A stretch of DNA of 64,000 bases. Origin: Candidatus Shapirobacteria bacterium (GTDB lineage: Bacteria; Patescibacteriota; Microgenomatia; UBA12405). Where the stretch lies: positions 3,098 to 67,097 of the forward strand of contig JBAZYN010000001.1 in NCBI GenBank assembly GCA_041659325.1, given 5' to 3'. Positions 19,782 through 28,554 of the stretch are shown here, piece after piece. Positions within the stretch are counted from its first letter, which is position 1. Every line of letters starts with the position of its first letter. The position numbers and the translations under genes were made by a program. The notes beneath the pieces are model-generated. The model saw nothing but the letters and a program-made list of their open reading frames with translations, had not been told where the DNA came from and ran no database searches.

Positions 19782-20893
19782 TTTTTACCTCCCAATATAT
19801 GAACTACTGCCGTTGCGCCGCTGCCACCCACGTTCTGTGCCAGTCCGGTTTTTATTTTTTTATCTAAAATCAGCTGCGATAAATAAGCAATTTGTTTTAT
19901 GCCGGTTGCCCCCACCGGATGTCCGTTGGATTTCAACCCTCCCGAAGGATTAATTACAACTTTTCCTCCATATGTAGTTTTCCCCTCAATCGTTGCTTTC
20001 CCCCCCATCCCTTTTTTAAAAAACCCCAGGTCCTCGATTGCCAAAATTTCCGCAATAGAAAAACAATCATGAATTTCTGCTGCCCCAATATCGTCTGGCC
20101 CTACGCCAGCCATTTTGTATGCGATCTTCGCCGCTTTTACCCCGGCCTCGATGGTGGTCAGTGAATTTCTTTTTGCCAAGGACAAGCTGTCCATTCCTTG
20201 TCCAAACCCAATAATTTGCGGGCAATTTAATCCATATTTAGTCGTCAAAATCACCGCGGCCGCCCCGTCCGAAATAGGGGAGCAATCAAACAATCTAAGC
20301 GGGGCAGCAATGATTTCACTTTCATTCACTTCCGCTATAGTTATTTCTTTGTGGAATTGTGCCAGTGGGTTCAAAAGTCCATGTTTATGGTTTTTAACAC
20401 TAACCGCCGACAGCTCATCCCTTGTCGTTCCGAATTCCTTCATGTGTTTCTGAGCCATCAGTGCATATAACCCCGGAAACGTGCTTCCGTATTCCATCTC
20501 CACGTCCGCCGCCCCCACCAAACCTTCTGTCGCCGTCGGGTTTGATACATCAGTCATCTTTTCTGCTCCTACCACCATTACAGTTTTATATCTGCCCGAC
20601 AATAGAGCCAATTCTGCCGCAATCATTGCCAAACCGCCCGAAGCACAGGCCCCCTCAATTCTCATTGCCGGTGGCTGATTTTTTAGTATCTGGCTTGCCA
20701 TTGCTCCCAAATGAAGTTGCCCGTCAAATATTCCGCCGGCCATATTTGAAACAAAAATTGCTTCAACTTCTTTATCATCCAAATTAGAATTTTTTATCAC
20801 TCCCTGTACAGCTTCAGTCAGCAGATCTTTTAAACTCTTCTCCCATAATTCCCCGAATTTAGTAATGTATGATCCGGCCACAAATGTCTTCAT
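19778..20893 (-). CDS. Thiolase (acetyl-CoA C-acetyltransferase, archaeal / SCP-x-like type)
   Basis: GACASGG active-site Cys, CSPISDGAAA, HDCF, NPSGGL...GHPVGATG. Confidence 0.85.
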   Translation of the reverse strand: MKTFVAGSYITKFGELWEKSLKDLLTEAVQGVIKNSNLDDKEVEAIFVSNMAGGIFDGQLHLGAMASQILKNQPPAMRIEGACASGGLAMIAAELALLSGRYKTVMVVGAEKMTDVSNPTATEGLVGAADVEMEYGSTFPGLYALMAQKHMKEFGTTRDELSAVSVKNHKHGLLNPLAQFHKEITIAEVNESEIIAAPLRLFDCSPISDGAAAVILTTKYGLNCPQIIGFGQGMDSLSLAKRNSLTTIEAGVKAAKIAYKMAGVGPDDIGAAEIHDCFSIAEILAIEDLGFFKKGMGGKATIEGKTTYGGKVVINPSGGLKSNGHPVGATGIKQIAYLSQLILDKKIKTGLAQNVGGSGATAVVHILGGKK

Positions 20894-21951
20894 TTTTCCG
20901 TCCTTTTTCTGTATTCACTATAACTTATGAAACGATTACCAATCTGGCTTGATAGAAAATTGTTCCAGTCAGCCTTCCTCTCCTGCATGTTCTCAGCACA
21001 GTTAAAAGCAAAACAATCAGATCCGGCCCCCGATCCGTATGAAGCCATAAAAATTTTCTCTCCCCCCTTCGCCTGGTCAAGTACATTAGTCAGCGCCATC
21101 AAGCTAGCGGCTGCATAGGTATTGCCAATCGTCCGGACGACCAGGCTATGTTTAATTTGGTCTTCCGAGCAGCCCATTGTTTTTGCCACCGCTTTTGGGA
21201 ATTTCCCGTTTGGTGTATGAAAAATACAATAGTCAAAATCACTGATTTTCATATCCAGGTCAGACAAAAGTTTCCTACCGGCAGTCAGGATATGGTTAAA
21301 ATATGCCGGTTCCCCGGAAAATCTGCCTGCATGTTCAGGAAATTCCTGCCTCGGCCGTCTCCAGAAATCAGGCGTATCCGTTGCCACCGATACCGTGCCA
21401 ACCATTTCTGCCAGTAAATTTTCCCTGCCGACAAAAAATGCAGCTCCGCCTGCTCCAGCAGTATATTCCAACACGTCACCAGGCCGCGACTGAGCTGTAT
21501 CTACCCCTATTGCCAGGCCAAAATCTGCCATCTTTGACTTTACATAGGCAAAACACGCCTGCAAACTTTGGGTTCCTGCCTTACAGGCAAACTGCATATC
21601 TGCCATGGCCATATATTTCTGCAACCCCAGGGCCTGAGCCACAATTCCCGAAGTTGGTTTTACCGCATAAGGATGGCTCTCGCTCCCCACAAATATTACC
21701 CCCATTTTTTTCTCCAAAAACTCTCTTTCTGTCAGCCTTAAATATGCCTGATATGCCGCCTCTACGGCAATAGTTGTACTGTCTTCGTCTATTCCTGGTA
21801 CAGTTTTCTGTTCCACTCCCAAAACCGGCCCCATATCCTTACCGTTGTGAGCCTGGGCAATTTCACCGCTTTTGATTACTGATTCCGGAATATACGCGCC
21901 ATAAGACACAATTCCGACACTTTTGTCCATGTAAGTATTATGTCGACTCAC
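20890..21951 (-). CDS. Hydroxymethylglutaryl-CoA synthase, archaeal-type (about 350 aa)
   Basis: GSESHPYAVKP, ACKAGT (catalytic Cys), IFHTPNGKFP, YGSGAGSD. Confidence 0.85.
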   Translation of the reverse strand: MSRHNTYMDKSVGIVSYGAYIPESVIKSGEIAQAHNGKDMGPVLGVEQKTVPGIDEDSTTIAVEAAYQAYLRLTEREFLEKKMGVIFVGSESHPYAVKPTSGIVAQALGLQKYMAMADMQFACKAGTQSLQACFAYVKSKMADFGLAIGVDTAQSRPGDVLEYTAGAGGAAFFVGRENLLAEMVGTVSVATDTPDFWRRPRQEFPEHAGRFSGEPAYFNHILTAGRKLLSDLDMKISDFDYCIFHTPNGKFPKAVAKTMGCSEDQIKHSLVVRTIGNTYAAASLMALTNVLDQAKGGEKIFMASYGSGAGSDCFAFNCAENMQERKADWNNFLSSQIGNRFISYSEYRKRTEK

Positions 21952-21995
21952 TCTCCAAAATCATTCTCCTAGTGTTAAAATTATAATTCAACTCT

Positions 21996-22457
21996 ATGAT
22001 CAACTTAAAAGATGCCATTCATTGGTATAGAAAACTACCAGAGAAAAAGCTCTATCTCGAATCTATCAGCGCTTTACTGACTATCCCGGTCTTGGTTACA
22101 GTCATCCTCTCAAATGTCATCAATCTTAAAAAAACCGCCCTATCAACTGCTACACCCATTACCTCTTCGCCGACGGTTATCCCCACTCATGTGGATACTG
22201 TATCTCCGACACTAGCTCCGGTTGTTACCGTCCAAATCGTTTATGTTACTCCTACCGGCGTTTCGACGATAGTTCCAACTAGCACAATAGTTCCTACCCC
22301 CACCGCCACCTTCACCCCCACCCACACCTCGACACCCTCTCCCAGCCCTACCACGATCCTCAATACTCCTACTCCTAGTTCAACTTCTACCCCGACTCCC
22401 ACAGCGGCATTAATACCATCGGACACTCCGACCGTTCAACCAAGCCCGACTATTTGA
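21996..22457 (+). CDS. Membrane-anchored Thr/Pro/Val-rich low-complexity protein
   Basis: TM helix, then PTPTATFTPTHTSTPSPSPT-type low complexity. Confidence 0.45.
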   Translation: MINLKDAIHWYRKLPEKKLYLESISALLTIPVLVTVILSNVINLKKTALSTATPITSSPTVIPTHVDTVSPTLAPVVTVQIVYVTPTGVSTIVPTSTIVPTPTATFTPTHTSTPSPSPTTILNTPTPSSTSTPTPTAALIPSDTPTVQPSPTI

Positions 22458-22476
22458 TTTCTTCTCTCCTTCCCCG

Positions 22477-22486
22477 CCCCCCCCCC
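22477..22486. repeat. C10 homopolymer (CCCCGCCCCCCCCCC context) in the intergenic region
   Basis: Read directly from the sequence; unusual in an AT-rich genome. Confidence 0.9.
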
Positions 22487-22492
22487 TCAGGC

Positions 22493-22520
22493 TTGTTATT
22501 TTTCCCCCTCTCCCTATAAT
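22493..22520 (+). promoter_or_regulatory. Candidate promoter (TTGTTA, 16-bp spacer, TATAAT) 11 nt upstream of the ATG; near-leaderless
   Basis: Hexamers read directly from the sequence. Confidence 0.3.
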
Positions 22521-22531
22521 AATTATTACCC

Positions 22532-23134
22532 ATGAAAACCGAAGTAATCTTTGATATTGAAACCAAAAAATTATTTGAAGATATCAGTTCGTTTAACCCC
22601 GCCGACCTTGGTGTTTCTATCGTCTCTTTGTATTTCCGCCAGGTAGACGAAAATTTAATCGAAAAGGAGGGCCAAATATATAGTTTCTGGGAAAACGAAT
22701 TTTCGAATATGTGGGATTATTTTTCCAAGGCGGATCGGATAATCGGTTTTAATTCCCTTGGTTTTGACATACCGGCGCTAGTTCCGATCTCCCCTCTGAA
22801 TTTTAAGAAACTGCCCCATTTCGATCTGATGGACAAGATTAAGCAAAATTTGGGTTTTCGCCTTGGGCTCGACGCTGTTGCCAAAGAATGTTTAGGGCAT
22901 GGGAAAACGGATATCGGCACCAATGCCGTAGTTTATTGGAACGAAAATACCGCCGAAAGTCTGGCAAAATTAAAAAAATACTGTGAAATGGACGTGTTTG
23001 TTACCAAAGATATTTATGACTATGGTCTCAAAAATAAACATTTAAAATACAAAGATAAATGGAACACATCCCGGGTTTTCCCCATAGACTTTTCTTATCC
23101 GCAGTCAGAAAAAAATCAGATTAGTCTTTTTTAG
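22532..23134 (+). CDS. RNase H-like 3'-5' exonuclease (DEDDy, PolB-exonuclease-like / YprB-like)
   Basis: Exo I IFDIET, Exo II IIGFNSLGFDIPAL, Exo III YCEMDVFVTKDIY. Confidence 0.55.
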   Translation: MKTEVIFDIETKKLFEDISSFNPADLGVSIVSLYFRQVDENLIEKEGQIYSFWENEFSNMWDYFSKADRIIGFNSLGFDIPALVPISPLNFKKLPHFDLMDKIKQNLGFRLGLDAVAKECLGHGKTDIGTNAVVYWNENTAESLAKLKKYCEMDVFVTKDIYDYGLKNKHLKYKDKWNTSRVFPIDFSYPQSEKNQISLF

Positions 23135-23724
23135 CTATTCATGAGTATGGATGTCTCACCCTGAACCCTTTTCAAAACTGCCGCCATTTCTTCAGATATT
23201 TTACTATATGATCTTTTTTGAAGAATTTTAAGTATTTCCCCATAAAACCAAAATAATTTGTTTGATGCAACTCCCATTTTATTCCACAATTCCTTGCCCG
23301 TTGTTTTCATCGAGTTGGAAATTACCGTCAGGGTTACAATCTTGTCTGCTGCGCAAATCAACATTGCCTCCTGGCTCATCGTCTCTGCGTGTTGAAGGTA
23401 CTTATTTTTTCTTTCCTCCCACGATGCCTGTCCCTTCAATTCGGATCCGGCCTCTTTGTCCTCGCTCACATCGAACACCATGGCCATAACCAATTCTCCA
23501 AAATCATTTTTAATATCAACAAACGAATAATCATCAACATTGTTTACCACGTTATGAACCAAACCGGCCACAATTACATTTTCGTCATTCGAATAATTAG
23601 AGAGTACCCAGGCAACCTCAAGTAAGTGCACGATAAAAGGTAAATTATCACCCTGGCGGACTTGCCCGGCATGTTTCTCTGCCGCAATCTTAATTGCCTT
23701 TTGAATTTTCGGTGTTAATTGCAT
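23131..23724 (-). CDS. HD-domain protein related to the RelA/SpoT (p)ppGpp-hydrolase domain, with degenerate HD (HN) dyad
   Basis: KHAGQVRQGDNLPFIVHLLEVAWVL, then AGLVHNVVNN where SpoT has GLLHDVVED. Confidence 0.55.
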   Translation of the reverse strand: MQLTPKIQKAIKIAAEKHAGQVRQGDNLPFIVHLLEVAWVLSNYSNDENVIVAGLVHNVVNNVDDYSFVDIKNDFGELVMAMVFDVSEDKEAGSELKGQASWEERKNKYLQHAETMSQEAMLICAADKIVTLTVISNSMKTTGKELWNKMGVASNKLFWFYGEILKILQKRSYSKISEEMAAVLKRVQGETSILMNS

Positions 23725-23745
23725 TACTTATATTTAAACATGAAT

Positions 23746-24627
23746 CTAGAGAATTTTACTGTCAGCCTCGTTCTTCTGAATTACTTCAAGGATATAGGTA
23801 TCAGCCCCATATTCATCATTTCCCACAAACCGACCCTCTCCATTCAAAATTCTTTCAAACGGCAGACATTCCCGACATCCGTCCCCTTGCGGACATTTAA
23901 AAATTTGCATTTTTCTGGATAATTTTATCTTTCTGGCAATTTTGAGGATTTTACTCTTTGACACCTCCAAATCGGGCAATGGTTTGGGTGTTAGCTCATC
24001 ATTCTTTTCCAGATACCAATAACTTGCTTTTGTAGTCTCCCGTTTTTGGCAATTAGCCACCAACAATCGGTAAATGGGAAGTTGCAGCGACTCGGCCCCC
24101 TCTTCATTTTTACTGGTTTTAAAATCAATAATATGGACACTGTCCGTCTCCGGCAAATATTCAAGCCAGTCAATCTTTCCGCACAGGATTATATTATCTT
24201 CTTCGGATAGCCAATAATATGGTAAATCCTGGTTTATTTTTCCTGCTAAGCCTGCAATTGGCCCCGGGTTTTTCATCACCCGCCGTATCATTTCTTCACC
24301 CCGACTTTTATATTTATACTCTGTTTCGGCATCACCAAAACCACCTTTTTCTGCCGAAATATTTATCCAAGCTCGCTCATATTTATCCAAAAGTGATTCC
24401 TTAAATCTGCTGCTCACCGGCAGCACTGATAGTGACTCTATAACTTGATGAACCGCTTGCCCCAAAGCCAGAGGAGGGGACATAATTTTAATTTTATGGC
24501 CGGTCTTTGGGTCCTTATAAACATTTTTAAGATAATACGATCGGGGACACGACTGAAACGCACTGATTGATGAATGCGACACCCACACTGCGCTATATTT
24601 ATCCTTGGTCACACCTCTATGATACAC
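23746..24627 (-). CDS. PD-(D/E)xK nuclease superfamily protein, Cas4/RecB-like with a 4-Cys (Fe-S) cluster
   Basis: ISAFQSCPRSYYL; D...IIDFKTSK core; C-terminal CPQGDGCRECL. Confidence 0.6.
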   Translation of the reverse strand: MYHRGVTKDKYSAVWVSHSSISAFQSCPRSYYLKNVYKDPKTGHKIKIMSPPLALGQAVHQVIESLSVLPVSSRFKESLLDKYERAWINISAEKGGFGDAETEYKYKSRGEEMIRRVMKNPGPIAGLAGKINQDLPYYWLSEEDNIILCGKIDWLEYLPETDSVHIIDFKTSKNEEGAESLQLPIYRLLVANCQKRETTKASYWYLEKNDELTPKPLPDLEVSKSKILKIARKIKLSRKMQIFKCPQGDGCRECLPFERILNGEGRFVGNDEYGADTYILEVIQKNEADSKIL

Positions 24628-24629
24628 TA

Positions 24630-26120
24630 ATGACTATGTCTAGACCTGAAGCAGGAAACGCCTTGCTACTAGTTGGTCCTCAATACTTTGACAATAGACT
24701 CCCTATTAGCTCTATAAGCCGTAGAGTTTTGGAACGAACAGATCCTTTGGGGATAGGAATTGTTAGCGCCGTTTTAAAAAAACATGGTTTAAAAACCCAT
24801 CTGGAAATTATGAGACCGGGCCATATTAACGATCTACAGTCTTATATTGAAGCCGCCGGTTCTGTTTTTATCTCTTCCAGATTCTATGATACAAGTTCAG
24901 CCCAAGAGGCTATAAGAATTGCCAATAAAGCCGGAAAAACAGTGATTACCGGCGGTTACGGTCCCACCCTCGACCCCGCTTCTTTTGATCGCTCAACCGC
25001 CATTGTCCAAGGTGAGGCGGAACCGGTATTAGATCAGTTAGTTGATGACTTAAAAAGTGGTCATCTGGAACCGGTTTACGATTCTACTAAACTTCCTCCG
25101 TTTGATCTTGACCAGTATATTTGGCCGGATAGAAGTATTTATCCAAGACCTGGTTTCGGAATTCCCAAAAAACACTCCCAGGAATTGGCTAGGGGCTGTG
25201 AAGAAGGGCACTGTATCTTTTGTTCCGGAGTACAATTGCAACGGACGTTTCGCTCAAGAGATTCCCGAGATACAATCGCTGAAATCGAGTCAATGGGAAT
25301 TAGAAAAAGTGATTTTTTATTTTTTGTCGATTTAAACACGTTTTCTGTTCCCAGGGAAAGGTTGGTACCCCTTTTTACTTACTTAAAACAAAACAGAATC
25401 AAGTGGATATCAGAGGGCACGGTTGCCCCGTTATTGGCAGACTTAGAACAGTGTGGGAAAGACGACAGCCTTCTTGCACTCATGTCTCCTCAGGATGGGC
25501 TAGGTGGCTGTTATTCATTTTTATATGGCGCCGATGATCTAATCAGTACCAGAGTTAAAGGTTCCCGTGACAAGGAAAAGACAATGTTGGCACAAACGGT
25601 TAAAGTTTTCAGTGAATTCGGGATCCCCCTAAATCTTTCTGTAGTTGTTGGTTTAGACAACCATACTTTTCCTGATTCATTCTTCCAAATAGCCGATACC
25701 CTGAGGGAAATACGGGCTCCGTATACTTTTTTTCACATTGCCACTCCATACCCCGGTACTGTTTGGGGAGACAAAGTGTCGCAGCAAGGTAGAGTCACTG
25801 ATTTGGATTCCACCCATTTTAACCACCGCAGAGTCGTTGCTGCCCCCAAAAATATGTCGGCCGATGAACTACAACAAGGTTACTTTTGGTTACAGAGAAA
25901 ACTTTACAACCCGGGAGAAATTGCAGAAACGTTTAAAGCACATCATAGAAAACGGTCACCCAACGTTGTTCTCGATGCCTTTTCATCCGGTCTCCCTTTT
26001 GCTGTTGACACATTTTTAAGCAATCTTGAATTAGACGCCAGGGGATTCGTAGACCATAGGGCTTTAAGAAATCTGGACGAGGGATATACTAGATGGAAGA
26101 GTGCCAGTCATGAGAATTAA
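24630..26120 (+). CDS. B12-binding-like plus radical-SAM-like protein with non-canonical Cx4Cx2C motif
   Basis: N-terminal Rossmann-like segment (LLLVGPQYF...IGIGIVSAVLKKHG); CEEGHCIFCSG; start set at the internal Met to avoid overlapping the convergent gene. Confidence 0.5.
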   Translation: MTMSRPEAGNALLLVGPQYFDNRLPISSISRRVLERTDPLGIGIVSAVLKKHGLKTHLEIMRPGHINDLQSYIEAAGSVFISSRFYDTSSAQEAIRIANKAGKTVITGGYGPTLDPASFDRSTAIVQGEAEPVLDQLVDDLKSGHLEPVYDSTKLPPFDLDQYIWPDRSIYPRPGFGIPKKHSQELARGCEEGHCIFCSGVQLQRTFRSRDSRDTIAEIESMGIRKSDFLFFVDLNTFSVPRERLVPLFTYLKQNRIKWISEGTVAPLLADLEQCGKDDSLLALMSPQDGLGGCYSFLYGADDLISTRVKGSRDKEKTMLAQTVKVFSEFGIPLNLSVVVGLDNHTFPDSFFQIADTLREIRAPYTFFHIATPYPGTVWGDKVSQQGRVTDLDSTHFNHRRVVAAPKNMSADELQQGYFWLQRKLYNPGEIAETFKAHHRKRSPNVVLDAFSSGLPFAVDTFLSNLELDARGFVDHRALRNLDEGYTRWKSASHEN

Positions 26121-26820
26121 CAAATATTTATCCTCAATCGGAGTTGCCTCGCGACGGGCTGTTGATAAACTTATTTCTGAGAATAGAGTCAGGATAAACA
26201 AAAATTATGCCCGGCTAGGGGATCAGGTTGATCCCCAAAAAGATGGAATAGAAGTAGACAACAAACCGGTCAGCAAAACAAACCCCTTTTTTGAGTACAT
26301 TATTTTAAACAAACCCGAAGGAGTAATTTCCTCTACCGTCGACACTCACGATCGCCAAACCGTTCTCGATCTGGTCCCAAACAAATCACGCCTATACCCC
26401 GTAGGCCGCCTGGATTACGATTCCTCTGGGTTAATCTTGTTGACCAACGATGGTGATCTGGCGTTAAAGCTCACTCATCCCCGATTTCATTTACCAAAAA
26501 CTTATCACGTCACAGTCACTGGGTTAGTTGATGACCGAAAAATTAATAAGCTCAAAAAAGGGGTAGATCTGGAAGACGGTAAAACTCTCCCCTGCGATAT
26601 TTCCATCATCACTCGTCACCCGGGCAATACAGTTTTAGAAATTATCCTGTATCAGGGCAAAAAACGTCAAATAAGACGAATGTGTGAATCAGTTTCGCTA
26701 AAGGTCTGGAAATTGCATCGGGTAGCCATCGGCCCGATCACAATTGGCGAGCTTAAATCGGGAAAATATCGTCATCTTAAAAAGGATGAAATCTCCCGTC
26801 TAAAACAAATCAGCATTTAA
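26101..26820 (+). CDS. Pseudouridine synthase, RsuA/RluB family, with S4 domain
   Basis: MRINKYLSSIGVASRR (S4); VGRLDYDSSGLILLTNDG catalytic Asp motif. Confidence 0.85.
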   Translation: MPVMRINKYLSSIGVASRRAVDKLISENRVRINKNYARLGDQVDPQKDGIEVDNKPVSKTNPFFEYIILNKPEGVISSTVDTHDRQTVLDLVPNKSRLYPVGRLDYDSSGLILLTNDGDLALKLTHPRFHLPKTYHVTVTGLVDDRKINKLKKGVDLEDGKTLPCDISIITRHPGNTVLEIILYQGKKRQIRRMCESVSLKVWKLHRVAIGPITIGELKSGKYRHLKKDEISRLKQISI

Positions 26821-26836
26821 TGTAATATACTTTTTT

Positions 26837-27646
26837 ATGTTTTCGATATTCAAAAAACCGCCGGTAATTGGCCTTGCTCTTGGAAGCGGTGGTGCCCGTG
26901 GACTGGCGCACATTGGGGTTATTAGATCTCTTTTAGAAAACGATATTTATCCCGGAGTTATTACCGGTTCTTCAGCCGGTGCCCTAATCGGTGGGCTATA
27001 CTCCGCCTTTGGGAGGCTTAACGAAATCAATAAAATCGTTGATTCTATTGATTACCGTTTTATTCTAAAACTCATACTTGAGAGGCCAAGCAAGCAGGGA
27101 GTTGTCCGTGGTAATAAACTCGAGTCTTTTATAAACGAACAGGTGGGCAGTTTATCCGTCGAAAACACAAAAATACCCTTTTACGCGGTTGCTTCTGATC
27201 TGGTCTCCGGCCAGCCTTACGTTTTTAAAAAGGGCCCTCTCTCGATCGCCATTCGGGCATCAATATCGATTCCGCTATTTTTTTCCCCGGTTAAACTAGC
27301 CAATACTATTTTGGTCGATGGCGGTGCTTCCGTCCCCGTCCCGGTAGACATTGCCCGACAAAACGGGGCGGATTTTGTAATCGGTGTAAATCTTTATAAG
27401 TCATATTTTCCTCTTCCCCACGAAAAAGTAGACAAATCTAATATTTCAAAACTAGCTTTTTATTCCTCCCAAATAGTTCTAAATAGTCTATCGCAGGAAA
27501 ACAATTCCCACGCCGATTTCCCTCTGGATCTCGAGATTCCCATCCAAAATACTCTTGATTTTGTCAAGGCCAAAAAATTTGTTGATATGGGTTATGAACA
27601 GACTCAATCAAAAATCCGGGATATTCTAAAAAAACTTTACAAATAA
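26837..27646 (+). CDS. Patatin-like phospholipase
   Basis: GLALGSGGARG oxyanion motif, GSSAG nucleophile elbow, DGG. Confidence 0.85.
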   Translation: MFSIFKKPPVIGLALGSGGARGLAHIGVIRSLLENDIYPGVITGSSAGALIGGLYSAFGRLNEINKIVDSIDYRFILKLILERPSKQGVVRGNKLESFINEQVGSLSVENTKIPFYAVASDLVSGQPYVFKKGPLSIAIRASISIPLFFSPVKLANTILVDGGASVPVPVDIARQNGADFVIGVNLYKSYFPLPHEKVDKSNISKLAFYSSQIVLNSLSQENNSHADFPLDLEIPIQNTLDFVKAKKFVDMGYEQTQSKIRDILKKLYK

Positions 27647-27669
27647 TCAACTGTGATAAAATTAACCTA

Positions 27670-28554
27670 ATGATAAACTGGCTAAAGAAAAATTGGGCAT
27701 TGGCTATTCTTATTATTATTGTTTTGAGTTTTCTAAAAGAGCGATTTTTGGGCTCAGGAAATCTTTCTCTTCGTAATTCTGCCTCATATGACATGGCTAT
27801 GGGAGGTGTTGCCCCCGCCCCAGCCGCCAAAATATCATCCCTGTCAAGCCGCACTGATTTTGTCCCTGAGTCAATTGCTCCCTCCGATGCGGTTGACCGC
27901 ATGGTTATACAAGATACTAGCTTATCGCTTGTTGTAAAGGATGTGTCTACTGTAATTTCTCAAATCGAAACCGCCGCCAAAGGTTTTGGGGGCTATCTTG
28001 TTAACTCTTATCTGTCAAAACCTGAAGCCGCCGCAAGCGGCAACATAGTTATTCGTGTCCCCGAGGGAAAACGCACCGAAGCTCTAAGCGCCTTAAAAGG
28101 ATTTGCTATCAAAGTCGTTTCCGAATCAGTCTCCGGCACCGATGTTACCGACGAGTATGTTGACCTTCAGGCCCGTTTGGATATTTTATATAAAACCAAG
28201 GCAAAATTCGACGAAATCTCTGCTAAAGCCTATACGGTAAATGATCTTCTGGAGGTCAATCGTGAGCTAATCAATGTTCAGTCGCAAATTGACTCTATCA
28301 AAGGTCGGCAAAAATATTACGAACAATCTGCAAAACTCAGCAAAATTACCGTCTATCTGTCGACCGATGAAATGTCTCTGCCCTACGCGCCCACCAACGA
28401 ATGGCGCCCGGCCGTCATTTTTAAAGAAGCCGTCAGATCCCTGGTTGGTGCCTTGAGAAATATTGGGACACTCGCCATTTGGCTTGTTGTTTTCTCTCCG
28501 GTAATTATCCCTGCTGTCTTGCTCTATCGGTGGTACAGAAGTAAAAAGAAATGA
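27670..28554 (+). CDS. DUF4349-domain protein (TM, extracytoplasmic domain with coiled coil, C-terminal TM)
   Basis: Architecture and IVIRVPEGK...VSGTDVTDEYVDLQARLD resemble DUF4349. Confidence 0.5.
   Translation: MINWLKKNWALAILIIIVLSFLKERFLGSGNLSLRNSASYDMAMGGVAPAPAAKISSLSSRTDFVPESIAPSDAVDRMVIQDTSLSLVVKDVSTVISQIETAAKGFGGYLVNSYLSKPEAAASGNIVIRVPEGKRTEALSALKGFAIKVVSESVSGTDVTDEYVDLQARLDILYKTKAKFDEISAKAYTVNDLLEVNRELINVQSQIDSIKGRQKYYEQSAKLSKITVYLSTDEMSLPYAPTNEWRPAVIFKEAVRSLVGALRNIGTLAIWLVVFSPVIIPAVLLYRWYRSKKK

Noticed and set aside
21148-21773. Plus-strand ORFs (89 aa and 156 aa) antisense to the HMG-CoA synthase gene
   Set aside because: They lie entirely within a strongly supported minus-strand CDS with clear enzyme motifs; Pro/Leu-rich antisense artefacts.
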